Both the position numbers and the translations under genes were made by a program. Under the pieces are notes generated by a model. It saw only the letters and a program-made list of their open reading frames with translations, had not been told where the DNA came from and did no database searches. A stretch of 64,000 nucleotides of DNA from Anaerolineales bacterium (lineage in GTDB: Bacteria > Chloroflexota > Anaerolineae > UBA1429): contig JBKHJO010000005.1 of the NCBI GenBank assembly GCA_046538105.1, forward strand, positions 916 to 64,915. The letters run 5' to 3'. Of this stretch, positions 8,866 to 18,206 are shown in pieces (within the stretch, counting starts at the first letter, position 1; the number at the start of each line of letters is the position of its first letter).

Positions 8866-10896
8866 GTGAAGGATTGGTGGGAAGGGTATCCCTGGCGTCT
8901 GATTCAGACAAACCTGCGCGAGATCGATATGCTGGATATAGACGCCCAGCGTTTCGTGATGGATCTACAGACTTTTCAGGCTACCGTTGTGCTTCTGAAT
9001 ACGGGGGGCATCATTGCCAGTTACCCGACCGATTTACCCTTTCATTTTCAGAGCCCGTTCTTGGAGGGAGATAGTCTTCGGGAGATTATCTCTACCTGCC
9101 ACGCGGCGGACATCAAGGTGCTTGCCCGTACGGACTTTTCCAAGGTTCGCCGTGAGATATACGAGATGCATCCAGAGTGGGCATACAAGAGTCCGGAAGG
9201 AGAGATAGTCGATTACAATGGCGATGTGCATGTCTGTCTTAATGGTGACTATCAGCAAAAGTATGTCTTTGACATCATGGAGGAGATGCTGACCGCCCTG
9301 GATGTGGATGGCGTCTTTTTCAATATGGCTGGTTATCAGGTCAGGGATTACAGCGGCAACTATTATGGGATCTGCCACTGTGAGAGTTGTCGAGAGGCAT
9401 TTGCTGAGATGTTTGGGGCTCCGTTGCCTGCTGCGGAAGATATGAGCGATCCTCTATTTCGCAAGTACCTGGTCTTTAAGAAACGTACGCTCGAGAATTA
9501 CCAGGAGAGAGTCTATCGGTTTATACAAGATCTAAACACGGATCTGTGTATTGCGAACCATCATCGCGTGACTGGGAGAGGCTTTGTGCGGCAAGAGGCG
9601 AACACGGCCATGGAGCGTCCCCTGCCACGCTGGCAGTACAATGCCTCTGATAACACCAAGTGGGTCGTCGCTTCCTACCCTGATATGGTTCCCAGCACCA
9701 CGACCGTCGACTTTATTGATTTCCCCTATCGGCACGTGGCCGTCTCGCCACACCAACAGAAATTGCGCCTGGCACAGAATCTGGCCAACGGTGGTGTTCT
9801 CGACTACTATCTCATTGGTCGCCTCGACAACCATGAGGATAGATCGGGATACGAGGCCGTCAGGGAGATGTTTCACTATCACGCAGCCCATGAGGAGGAA
9901 TACGATGGTCTACGGCCCAAGGCCAGCATCGCCCTGCTAAAAGGGAAGGATGGTAGCGCCTCCGAGTTCCGAGGTTGGTTCCGTTTTCTCGTCGAGAACC
10001 ATTTTCTGTTCGATACGCTGATGATCGACGCGGCCCTTGAGGTACCCTGGAACAAGTATGAGGCCATTATTCTGCCGGATTACGAGTCCCTGGATATGGA
10101 TGTGATAGGCGCGTTGGATGCTTTTGTTCGGGCTGGTGGTACGGTCATCTCGGTGGGGAAGAGCGGTTTTCGTGACGGATATTATGAGCCACGAGACGCG
10201 TTTCCGCTGGAGTGCTTGGGAATCAAGGAGATAAAAACCGTTCGTGATGATATGCGATCCTCCTACTTCAAATTGGATGACAAGAAGGGATTTGATCACT
10301 TTGCCGGGACGGATCTGATCTATATGGATGGGTATTATGTTTATGCCGAATATACCGAGGGAGTGAAGGGATACTTTCGGTTGATTCCTCCTCACGATTT
10401 TGGGCCTCCTGAGCGGTGCTACTATACCACGATTACGGGTCATCCTGCCTTTACCGTCAATCACTATGGTGCGGGCGTGGGGATTTATATCCCCTGGACT
10501 CCCGGAAGCCTTTTTTATCAGCAGGGGCATACCAACACGTTCGATTTTGTGGCCGATTTGCTGGAAAGTGTGGCTGGGCTTGTACCCGTTGGCGGTGACA
10601 TCTCACCCATGGTGGAGATCACGCTACTGGAAGAGGAAAAAGGAGAATATCAGCTTCTTCATCTGGTCAATGGGTCGGGACATTTTGGAACTACTTTTTT
10701 CGCCCCGAGTGTCATGGAGAATATCAGGATATTTCTTCCATTTTCGTATGATGGGACTGTTTTGGTGAGAAGTTTAGTGTATGACGAGATATATGATGTG
10801 GATCTGGAGGAAGATAAACTTGTGATACATATACCGTACTTGGAACTTTTTGACGCTCTCAAGATTCATCCACCGGCTACCAGGCTTTCAAGATGA
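8866..10896 (+). CDS. Putative glycoside hydrolase (GHL6-like N-terminal barrel plus GH42-type middle/trimerisation domain)
   Basis: N-terminus WWEGYPWRLIQTNLREIDM. CHCESC Cys cluster. KYEAIILPDYESLDMDVIGALDAFVRAGGTVISVG resembles the GH42M GATase-like domain. Confidence 0.6.
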   Translation: MKDWWEGYPWRLIQTNLREIDMLDIDAQRFVMDLQTFQATVVLLNTGGIIASYPTDLPFHFQSPFLEGDSLREIISTCHAADIKVLARTDFSKVRREIYEMHPEWAYKSPEGEIVDYNGDVHVCLNGDYQQKYVFDIMEEMLTALDVDGVFFNMAGYQVRDYSGNYYGICHCESCREAFAEMFGAPLPAAEDMSDPLFRKYLVFKKRTLENYQERVYRFIQDLNTDLCIANHHRVTGRGFVRQEANTAMERPLPRWQYNASDNTKWVVASYPDMVPSTTTVDFIDFPYRHVAVSPHQQKLRLAQNLANGGVLDYYLIGRLDNHEDRSGYEAVREMFHYHAAHEEEYDGLRPKASIALLKGKDGSASEFRGWFRFLVENHFLFDTLMIDAALEVPWNKYEAIILPDYESLDMDVIGALDAFVRAGGTVISVGKSGFRDGYYEPRDAFPLECLGIKEIKTVRDDMRSSYFKLDDKKGFDHFAGTDLIYMDGYYVYAEYTEGVKGYFRLIPPHDFGPPERCYYTTITGHPAFTVNHYGAGVGIYIPWTPGSLFYQQGHTNTFDFVADLLESVAGLVPVGGDISPMVEITLLEEEKGEYQLLHLVNGSGHFGTTFFAPSVMENIRIFLPFSYDGTVLVRSLVYDEIYDVDLEEDKLVIHIPYLELFDALKIHPPATRLSR

Positions 10897-11381
10897 TTCC
10901 TGTGATTTCCGTCGTTGGCTGGCATGATGTGGGAAAGACGGCGTTCATCGTGGCTTTGATTGCCGAGTTAAAGCGTCGCGGCCTTCGGGTGGCTACCATA
11001 AAGCATACGCGAGGTTCTTTTGATGTTGATAAGGAAGGTACAGATACATGGCGGCATGCTCAGGCCGGAAGTGATATAGTAGTGATATCTGGGCCATCAA
11101 AGGTGGCCTTTATTGAGCATCGAGAGAGCGAGTTGTCTCTGGACGATGTCGTCGCCCGTTTGCCATCGAGCATCGATCTCGTGATTACCGAAGGGTACAA
11201 AGGAGAGGACAAACCCAAGATAGAGATCACCTCTAGGGAATGTGTAGGAGAGCGAATCGTCTCTCCCGAAGAGTTGATCACTCTGGTTAAGGCAGGGGAG
11301 ATGGACAATGGCGAGGCTTTTTCGCCCGATGTGATGGAAAAGGTTCTGAGATCTCTGGAGCAAAAGGGAATCATCAAGTAG
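10893..11381 (+). CDS. mobB: Molybdopterin-guanine dinucleotide biosynthesis adapter protein MobB
   Basis: MIPVISVVGWHDVGKTAFIVALIAELKRRGLRVATIKHT...DLVITEGYK. The ATGA overlaps the upstream stop. Confidence 0.8.
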   Translation: MIPVISVVGWHDVGKTAFIVALIAELKRRGLRVATIKHTRGSFDVDKEGTDTWRHAQAGSDIVVISGPSKVAFIEHRESELSLDDVVARLPSSIDLVITEGYKGEDKPKIEITSRECVGERIVSPEELITLVKAGEMDNGEAFSPDVMEKVLRSLEQKGIIK

Positions 11382-11575
11382 CGGAGGTTCGGGTATATTT
11401 TGTTCGTATAGTGGTAAACAGGTCGTGGAGCAATAAATGCGGATTATTCTTAAAGGGATGTAAATACTATACGAAGAAGACAGTCCCTGTATCCATACAT
11501 GTGAGCAGCCATCGCTGTGTAGCGAAAAAGGAAGGGCAGAGGAATGCTTTTACAAAGGGAAAGACTTTGACTCTG

Positions 11576-12625
11576 TTAGCGCCGATGAAGAGGAGGGCGG
11601 CTCAAAGGTCTGTGTGTCAAGGAGAAGAGGAGAATAAAAACGAGACCCGCCATACCGACAAGGACAACAAGTTTTAAAAAACGGGAGGGAGCCAACAGGG
11701 CAATGACCCCAAGCAGGGCGGTGACAATATAGTAGCCGATCACGATCTGTCGTTGGGAGTATCCTGCGTCCCGCAGACGAAAGTGCAAGTGTCCCCGATC
11801 TCCTTCAGTCAAGGATTCGTCTCGCTTCCAACGAGAATAAATCTGCCAGAATACATCCAGGATAGGTAGCCAGAGCAAAAGCAACACAGAAGCCACCTTG
11901 GCCCCAGCGACGATGGATAAAGCGCCGATGGCATAACCCAGCACGTGTGCTCCTCCGCCCAGAAAAATACGGGCAGGATTAAAGTTGTAGGGTATAAACC
12001 CCAAACAACAGCCAAGGAGAGCCAGAGGCAAGAGCGACACGCTATATTGATGTAGGCGAAGCATATGTATAAAGAGCACAAATGCCGAGATGCCCACCAC
12101 GCCCGTCGCCAGTCCATCCAGGCCATCGAGCATATTGACCGTGGCACTCATCCCGACAAGCCACAGGATTGTAATGGGTACCATAAGATACCAATTTACC
12201 TGTATCTGACCATTGGTAAACGGGTTATTAAAGACTTCGATAAAGACTTTGAACCGGATAGCCACCAGAGCAGCCAACAACAAGCCTATAAACTGAGATG
12301 TGGCCCCCAGTTCTACGTAATCGTCTATCAGGCCCACTAACCAGACAATTCCCATGCCGACCAACACGCCGATCAGGCGTGTAACTTCCAGGGGATCGTT
12401 GCGAGGAATGCCCACAAGCAGGGGAAAGAGCGCAGCAATAAGAAAGGCTGGATAGATAAAAAGACCGCCCAGACGGACCACACGGCCTTTGTGTTGTCGG
12501 CGTCCGCCGGGCGTATCCACAATATCCAGCCGCTTTCCCAACCAGATTGCCCACGGTGTGAGAAGCGCAACCAGAGCGGTAGAAAGCCCGAACACAGCGG
12601 GAAAGAGTAGCGGAGATATTCTCAT
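11576..12625 (-). CDS. Glycosyltransferase family 4 polyprenyl-phosphate sugar-1-phosphate transferase (WecA/TagO/MraY-like)
   Basis: About ten TM segments. LDIVDTPGGRRQHKG, GLIDDYVEL and NMLDGLDGLA are motifs of the MraY/WecA family. Confidence 0.8.
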   Translation of the reverse strand: MRISPLLFPAVFGLSTALVALLTPWAIWLGKRLDIVDTPGGRRQHKGRVVRLGGLFIYPAFLIAALFPLLVGIPRNDPLEVTRLIGVLVGMGIVWLVGLIDDYVELGATSQFIGLLLAALVAIRFKVFIEVFNNPFTNGQIQVNWYLMVPITILWLVGMSATVNMLDGLDGLATGVVGISAFVLFIHMLRLHQYSVSLLPLALLGCCLGFIPYNFNPARIFLGGGAHVLGYAIGALSIVAGAKVASVLLLLWLPILDVFWQIYSRWKRDESLTEGDRGHLHFRLRDAGYSQRQIVIGYYIVTALLGVIALLAPSRFLKLVVLVGMAGLVFILLFSLTHRPLSRPPLHRR

Positions 12626-12690
12626 GAGATCATAATTTCTCTGCCATCTCAGAAATTAAGGCGGGCAGCATATATAGCACCCAGAGATCG

Positions 12691-12730
12691 AAAACAAAGA
12701 AAGGGATGGCATATACACCATCCCTTTCTC
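12691..12730 (-). terminator. Rho-independent terminator after porB
   Basis: Stem GAAAGGGATGG / CCATCCCTTTC with an 8-nt loop. On the minus strand it is followed by TTTGTTTTCG. It lies about 25 nt past the porB stop. Confidence 0.5.
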
Positions 12731-12755
12731 CCAACTTGTAGAGAGGATCCTGGCT

Positions 12756-13691
12756 CTAGTTAGCCTCCTCTTTCAGCAACTGTTCCCACTCTTGATCCAC
12801 CTTCTCCTGAATTTCCTCAAGGATCCACTTGTTGGCCGGACGGAAGAGATGGCGAAAACGTCCTTGGGTCTCGAACCATTGCTCGACGGGCTTTTTCTCC
12901 CGCGGCTTGTAGGTGATATGTGTCTCGCCATTTTCTACTTCATATAGCGGCCAATAGCAGGTATCAGCAGCCAGCTCAGAAATCTCCATGGTCTTCTCGC
13001 TGCTGTGGCGCCAACCACGGGGGCAGGGGGACAATACATTTAGAACGGCAGGGCCATCCCCATTGACGGCTTTTTTCACTTTTGTCATCAGATCACGGTA
13101 GTTATGAGGCGCCGTCTGCGCCACGTAGCGGATGTCGTGCGCGGCCATGATGCGCGTCCACGGTTTGCGCCACTGTATCTTGCCAGGAACTACACTCCCC
13201 GCGGGGGACGTCGTGGTGTGCGCGCCACGAGGCGTCGCACTGGAACGCTGGATACCCGTGTTCATATAGGCCTCGTTGTTGAGGCAGACATAGACAAAGT
13301 CATGGCCTCTCTCAAGGGCTCCAGAGATGAACTGCAGGCCTATATCGTAACTGGCACCATCACCACCAATGGCTACAAACTTTATATCTTGATCCTCAGG
13401 GATCCTGCCCGTACGCTTTAGTGCCTTGTAGGCCGCTTCCACACCAGAGATGGTGGTGGAAGCATTCTCGAACGCGGTATGAATCCAGGGTACCCGCCAT
13501 GAAGTATAGGGATAGATAGAGGTAGAAACCTCTAAACAACCAGTCGCTGTAGAGAGAACGACGGGGTCATCGATTGCGTGGAGCATTTGACGGATGATCG
13601 TCGGCTCGGCGCATCCCGCACACAGACGATGGCCGGGTGCGAGTTTTTCTTCTTTACCAGCAATATCTCGTAATCTTATTCTCTCGGCCAT
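12756..13691 (-). CDS. porB: Pyruvate/2-oxoacid:ferredoxin oxidoreductase beta (TPP-binding) subunit
   Basis: Start MAERIRLRDIAGKEEKLAPGHRLCAGCAEP at codon 35 of the listed ORF, with a GGAG upstream. GGDGASYDIG TPP motif. Confidence 0.85.
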   Translation of the reverse strand: MAERIRLRDIAGKEEKLAPGHRLCAGCAEPTIIRQMLHAIDDPVVLSTATGCLEVSTSIYPYTSWRVPWIHTAFENASTTISGVEAAYKALKRTGRIPEDQDIKFVAIGGDGASYDIGLQFISGALERGHDFVYVCLNNEAYMNTGIQRSSATPRGAHTTTSPAGSVVPGKIQWRKPWTRIMAAHDIRYVAQTAPHNYRDLMTKVKKAVNGDGPAVLNVLSPCPRGWRHSSEKTMEISELAADTCYWPLYEVENGETHITYKPREKKPVEQWFETQGRFRHLFRPANKWILEEIQEKVDQEWEQLLKEEAN

Positions 13692-13764
13692 TATTTTTCT
13701 CCTCGTTTGCTTTATGTTATCGCCAAATCCCCCCCGTTCAAAAGGGGAGATCGACAAACCGATT

Positions 13765-14961
13765 CTACTCGCGCAAGCCCAAGTACCGCACAATGTCCCC
13801 GCGATCGCCCTCTGCCGCTACGGTCTGCAGATCGTCGTACACAGACTCTATCATCGGCGGTGTGGTATCGCGTCCACCCAGGCCATAGATATAGTTCACG
13901 ATGTTGAGATCTGAGATTCCCTCATTGAAAAGCGCCGACGTAATGTCCTCAAATAGAGGCCCCATGCCACGGAATGTACCAAAGGAGATGGAACGATCGA
14001 GCACAGCCACTGCTTTGCAATCCTTGATAGCCTCTACGATATGCTGGCCAGGGAAGGGACGATAAACGCGAGGTTTTAGGATCCCAACCTTCATCCCTTC
14101 ACCCCGAAGATTCCGGGCGACGGTACGTGCCGTACCTGCCGTAGAACTCAAAACGATTATGGCATAGTCCGCATCATCCATTTCATAGGCATCGATGATG
14201 GGCTGGGGACGACCCGAGAGCTCCTCATACTCTTTGCTGACACTCTCGATTATTTCCATAGCGTTGTTCAGCGCCTCGGTCTGCTGGCGCTTGTGCTCAA
14301 AGTAGTAGTCAGTAAAGTCCCACGCTCCCATCGTCTTTGGATTATCGACATCGAGCAGATAAACGTCAGGATCATAATCGCCAACAAACTCGCTGACTGC
14401 CTCGTCTGGTAAAATACCCACTCGTTCCACACCATGGCCGGTGATAAAACCGTCCTGGCAACTCATGGCGGGGGTGCCAAGGCCCTCGTGCTCAGCGATG
14501 CGCAACGCCTTGATCGTATTATCGTACGCTTCTTGTCCCGACTCTGCATACAGCTGGATCCATCCCGCCTCACGCGCACCCATGCTGTCCGAATGGTCAC
14601 AGTGGATATTCAGGGGGCTGGACAGCGAACGGTTGATGATCGACAGGACGATGGGCAACCGCATTCCCGAGGCGATATAGAGCATCTCCCACATCAGGGC
14701 CAACCCATTAGCAGCTGTGGCGGTCATAACACGAGCCCCGCCAGCCGAGGCACCGACGCAGGCACTCATGGCCGCGTGTTCGCTTTCCACGGGGATAAAC
14801 TCGGTATGTACAAGCCCGTCGGCAACATACTCGGAGAACTGCTGCACCACGGGCGTCTGCGGCGTGATCGGATAGGCGGCGACCACATCCGGATCTATTT
14901 GAAGCATTGCCCGAGAGACCGATTCGGCCCCATCCAAAGGCATATACGTGCTTTCTACCAT
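13765..14961 (-). CDS. porA: Pyruvate:ferredoxin oxidoreductase alpha subunit
   Basis: GAESVSRAMLQIDPDVVAAYPITPQT...EFIPVESEHAAMSACVGASAGGARVMTATAANGLALM. Confidence 0.9.
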   Translation of the reverse strand: MVESTYMPLDGAESVSRAMLQIDPDVVAAYPITPQTPVVQQFSEYVADGLVHTEFIPVESEHAAMSACVGASAGGARVMTATAANGLALMWEMLYIASGMRLPIVLSIINRSLSSPLNIHCDHSDSMGAREAGWIQLYAESGQEAYDNTIKALRIAEHEGLGTPAMSCQDGFITGHGVERVGILPDEAVSEFVGDYDPDVYLLDVDNPKTMGAWDFTDYYFEHKRQQTEALNNAMEIIESVSKEYEELSGRPQPIIDAYEMDDADYAIIVLSSTAGTARTVARNLRGEGMKVGILKPRVYRPFPGQHIVEAIKDCKAVAVLDRSISFGTFRGMGPLFEDITSALFNEGISDLNIVNYIYGLGGRDTTPPMIESVYDDLQTVAAEGDRGDIVRYLGLRE

Positions 14962-15002
14962 GTTATTTCCCTCCCAAAAGGTATCAGGTATTTGGTCTAT
15001 TC

Positions 15003-15356
15003 CTATTCAGAGTCCGATTCTGGAACCATATGAATGACTGAACCACTCTGTTCATCGGTGAAAGCGTGGGGTTCTTTGATGCTTACGGGGCACACTTGGG
15101 AGCAGATACCACACCCCTTACAGTGATCATAGTCTATGCCCTGCATCTGTCCATCCTCCACGAGGATGGACGAGTCGGGGCACATGATCCAGCACGTCAT
15201 ACAATGCACACACTGTTCCGAATCCCAAACGGGTCGCATACTTCGCCAGGAGCCTGTATTATACGTTACGGAATTTCCACTATCGTAGACAACCCCGCCC
15301 TCATTTGCCTTCTTCCACGAAAGGTCCAAACGAGGAGCCATTTGCTCTGCCATCAA
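15003..15356 (-). CDS. porD: Pyruvate:ferredoxin oxidoreductase delta subunit (2x[4Fe-4S] ferredoxin)
   Basis: CVHCMTCWIMCP and CKGCGICSQVCP cluster motifs. Confidence 0.85.
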   Translation of the reverse strand: MMAEQMAPRLDLSWKKANEGGVVYDSGNSVTYNTGSWRSMRPVWDSEQCVHCMTCWIMCPDSSILVEDGQMQGIDYDHCKGCGICSQVCPVSIKEPHAFTDEQSGSVIHMVPESDSE

Positions 15357-15406
15357 TAACCTCCTACAGACAATTGATATCTAATCTTTGTACCAACTCA
15401 GCGTAT

Positions 15407-15979
15407 TTATCCCTGTACACACTCGTCGTAGGCGCGCCGCAAGGTACGTACGTTAGCCTCGACGATCTCCTCGCGCAACCTCTCCCCCAAGGTCTCGCGT
15501 ACTATTTCGACGATATTATCGAGTTCCAGAGTGTCCGTTGCTTTGGCAAACACCGAGATCATCATAGTGCTGGGAATATCTCGCCTGATCTCCTCCATGG
15601 CAATCTCGGATGCGTCTACACACCAAACACTGCCTCCCTGAAAGTCCAACGTCTCGCGGATCTCTGAAGGGGTCTGTTCCGTGTTCATGATGACCGTACC
15701 GTCTGGCTTGACACCCTCCGTTAATTCCACTACGCCGATGAGATTGGGATTTACTACAATGACCACATCCGGCTCCAAAATGGGGGAGTGGACTTCTATA
15801 GGTTCATCGCTGATGCGCGTGTAAGCCTTGATGGGGGCCCCCATACGCTCCGCCCCATATTCCGGAAAGGCTTGGAAATACCTGCCCGTGTGCATGGCTG
15901 CTTCGCCCAAAAGTTCCCCCGCCGTCACTACGCCCTGACCTCCACGTCCATGCCAGCGAACCTCGATCATTTGGCTCAT
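15407..15979 (-). CDS. porG: Pyruvate:ferredoxin oxidoreductase gamma subunit
   Basis: IEVRWHGRGGQGVVTAGELLGEAAMHTGRYFQAFPEYGAERMGAP. Confidence 0.9.
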   Translation of the reverse strand: MSQMIEVRWHGRGGQGVVTAGELLGEAAMHTGRYFQAFPEYGAERMGAPIKAYTRISDEPIEVHSPILEPDVVIVVNPNLIGVVELTEGVKPDGTVIMNTEQTPSEIRETLDFQGGSVWCVDASEIAMEEIRRDIPSTMMISVFAKATDTLELDNIVEIVRETLGERLREEIVEANVRTLRRAYDECVQG

Positions 15980-16084
15980 CCTTGATACCTCCCTCTTGCC
16001 TTATAGAAATAGATCACCATATCATGCATCCAGAGGCGTTGTGTACGAGACATCGCACTCCAGACTACCTGCCAGAATAGCACA

Positions 16085-16600
16085 TCACTCAAAAGTCATG
16101 ATGGAAAAGATATCATAATTTTTCAACTTCTCTCGTCCCCTGAGAAAGGCAAGCTCTATCAGGAAAGCGATTCCCGTAACTTTACCACCTAACCTTTCTA
16201 TCAGAGCCACCGCTGCTTCTGCAGATCCACCGGTGGCTAAAAGATCGTCAACGAGCAATACATTTTCTCCAGATCCTATGGCGTCCGCATGCATTTCGAG
16301 GATATTCGTTCCATACTCGAGGCTATATTCCACACTGATCTTCTCCCGGGGCAGTTTCTCCGGCTTACGAATGGGTACAAAGCCGCATCCCAACTGATAA
16401 GCGACGGGGGCACCAAAAATAAAACCACGAGATTCAATAGCCACGACCTGAGCGATCTCCTTATCCTCAAATTCCGCCACGATCAAGTCTACAGCCTCTC
16501 TGAAAGCGTCGGGCGATGAAAGTAGGGGGGTGATGTCTTTGAAAAGTACCCCCTCGATGGGGAAATCGGGTACGTCAGGGATAAACTCCATAAGGTTCAT
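16085..16600 (-). CDS. apt: Adenine phosphoribosyltransferase
   Basis: IPDVPDFPIEGVLFKDITPLL, ESRGFIFG and the PRPP motif VLLVDDLLATGGSA. Confidence 0.9.
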   Translation of the reverse strand: MNLMEFIPDVPDFPIEGVLFKDITPLLSSPDAFREAVDLIVAEFEDKEIAQVVAIESRGFIFGAPVAYQLGCGFVPIRKPEKLPREKISVEYSLEYGTNILEMHADAIGSGENVLLVDDLLATGGSAEAAVALIERLGGKVTGIAFLIELAFLRGREKLKNYDIFSIMTFE

Positions 16601-16714
16601 ATTGATGTATTATCTCCTTGCTCACACTTCTGCTCCACACTCAACACTCCCATTCTAGCACCTCTTGTTTTCCATTGTCAAAGATGAGGAATCACCTTTT
16701 CCCACGCTTTCCAA

Positions 16715-18205
16715 TCATCGATCCTGAATCCTTCTGGGATAGGGGCGATACCATCCCTCTCGACCAAAGGCCGTGGTTTGGGATAGATCGCTGGTATAAA
16801 CACGCCGGTCGTGGAAACCGTCGTTTATGGAACGCATCAAAGTTTGTGTGAGGGCCATATCAAGGTTCCGGAGAATCTGTCTGCAGTCACCATCGTCTAT
16901 TAGGTTTTTCTGTTCTTTGGGATCATCATAAAGGTTAAACAGCAGTTCTTCTCCCGTATCGTATTTGGCCAGCCGCCACTCGCCATCATATATCATCCAA
17001 CCTCCCTGCAAAACGCCCATGATGTATTCTCGAGGGTTTCGTTCCTCAATGCCAAGAGCCGGTAACGGTGTGGAATCCAGATAATCGGGAACCTGACAGC
17101 CCCCAAGATGGAGCATCGTGGCAGTAACATCGCCAAGGGTTACGAGTTCCTGGTTCGTTGTCGGGCCATCGGCCCAGGGGATGTACATGAGCAGGGGGAC
17201 ATGACAACTCGCCTCAAAGAATGTCCCCTTGCCGATCAGATCGTGATCTCCCAGATAATCGCCATGATCGGAAGAGAAGATGATGATTGTGTTATCCAGC
17301 AAATCCTTCTCGCGTAGTGCATCGAGTATCTGGCCTATCTCATAATCTATCTGTTTGACCAATCCCGCATAGTGAGCGCGGACCTTTTTCTTCTGTGCCA
17401 TAGTGAACTCGGAATAATCGACACCATTCCAGGGGAGGCGATTACCTTCGATGTTTTGTTGTCTGAGTTGAGGGGCATCTCCCTCGACTTTGGGGGCTGG
17501 CTCGGGCATATCTGCAGGGGCAAAGGGCTCCAGGAACTCTGGCGAGGGATCATAGGGGCAGTGGGGACCAGGGAACCCTACCATCATGGCAAAGGGCCCC
17601 TCGTTACCGTACTCGCGGATAAAACGACACGATTCCTGCCCCACAAAGTGATCCACAGAATATTCCCAGGGAATCTTGTTGATAATAGCGCCCTTATTCT
17701 CAAAGTAGCCCTCGTGCTCTTTTCCATGCAGTTTTCGATAGCCATGGGCTCTGAGAAAGTGATGATAGTCATCCCGTATGTGGATCCAGCGCTTATCCTC
17801 CGCAATGACGCGATACTGAAACCCCAGTCGCAGATCCCACGGGTAAAAGTGCATCTTTCCTATAGCCGCTGTATAGTATCCGCTCCCACTCAATATTTCC
17901 GGCCAGGTAGAGAGACCGCATTCGCGATAGTCCGCGCGCAGAAACTGGCCGTTGCTCAGAACCCCCGTTCTTGCTGCATTCATACCAGTTAACAGAGAGA
18001 CGCGCGCAGGAACGCAAAGGGGATGTGGTGAATAAGCATTGCTGAACAAAACGCCCCTCTCCATGAGGCTATCGATATGGGGCGTATCGATGAAAGAAGC
18101 GTCATAACAACTCAAAAAGTCGGCGCGCAACTGATCCGGCATAATAAAAATGAGATTTGGTTTTTGGGGCACTTTTACCTCCTCCTCCCTGTTTCGGGGG
18201 CTCAT
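16715..18205 (-). CDS. Cys-type sulfatase
   Basis: PNLIFIMPDQLRAD and C-V-P-A-R in HPLCVPARVSLLTGM. Preferred start is MSPRNREEEV at 18205, 1 nt after the upstream stop (alternative 18232). The rest of the listed 586-aa ORF overlaps the upstream gene. Confidence 0.8.
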   Translation of the reverse strand: MSPRNREEEVKVPQKPNLIFIMPDQLRADFLSCYDASFIDTPHIDSLMERGVLFSNAYSPHPLCVPARVSLLTGMNAARTGVLSNGQFLRADYRECGLSTWPEILSGSGYYTAAIGKMHFYPWDLRLGFQYRVIAEDKRWIHIRDDYHHFLRAHGYRKLHGKEHEGYFENKGAIINKIPWEYSVDHFVGQESCRFIREYGNEGPFAMMVGFPGPHCPYDPSPEFLEPFAPADMPEPAPKVEGDAPQLRQQNIEGNRLPWNGVDYSEFTMAQKKKVRAHYAGLVKQIDYEIGQILDALREKDLLDNTIIIFSSDHGDYLGDHDLIGKGTFFEASCHVPLLMYIPWADGPTTNQELVTLGDVTATMLHLGGCQVPDYLDSTPLPALGIEERNPREYIMGVLQGGWMIYDGEWRLAKYDTGEELLFNLYDDPKEQKNLIDDGDCRQILRNLDMALTQTLMRSINDGFHDRRVYTSDLSQTTAFGREGWYRPYPRRIQDR

Positions 18206-18206
18206 A

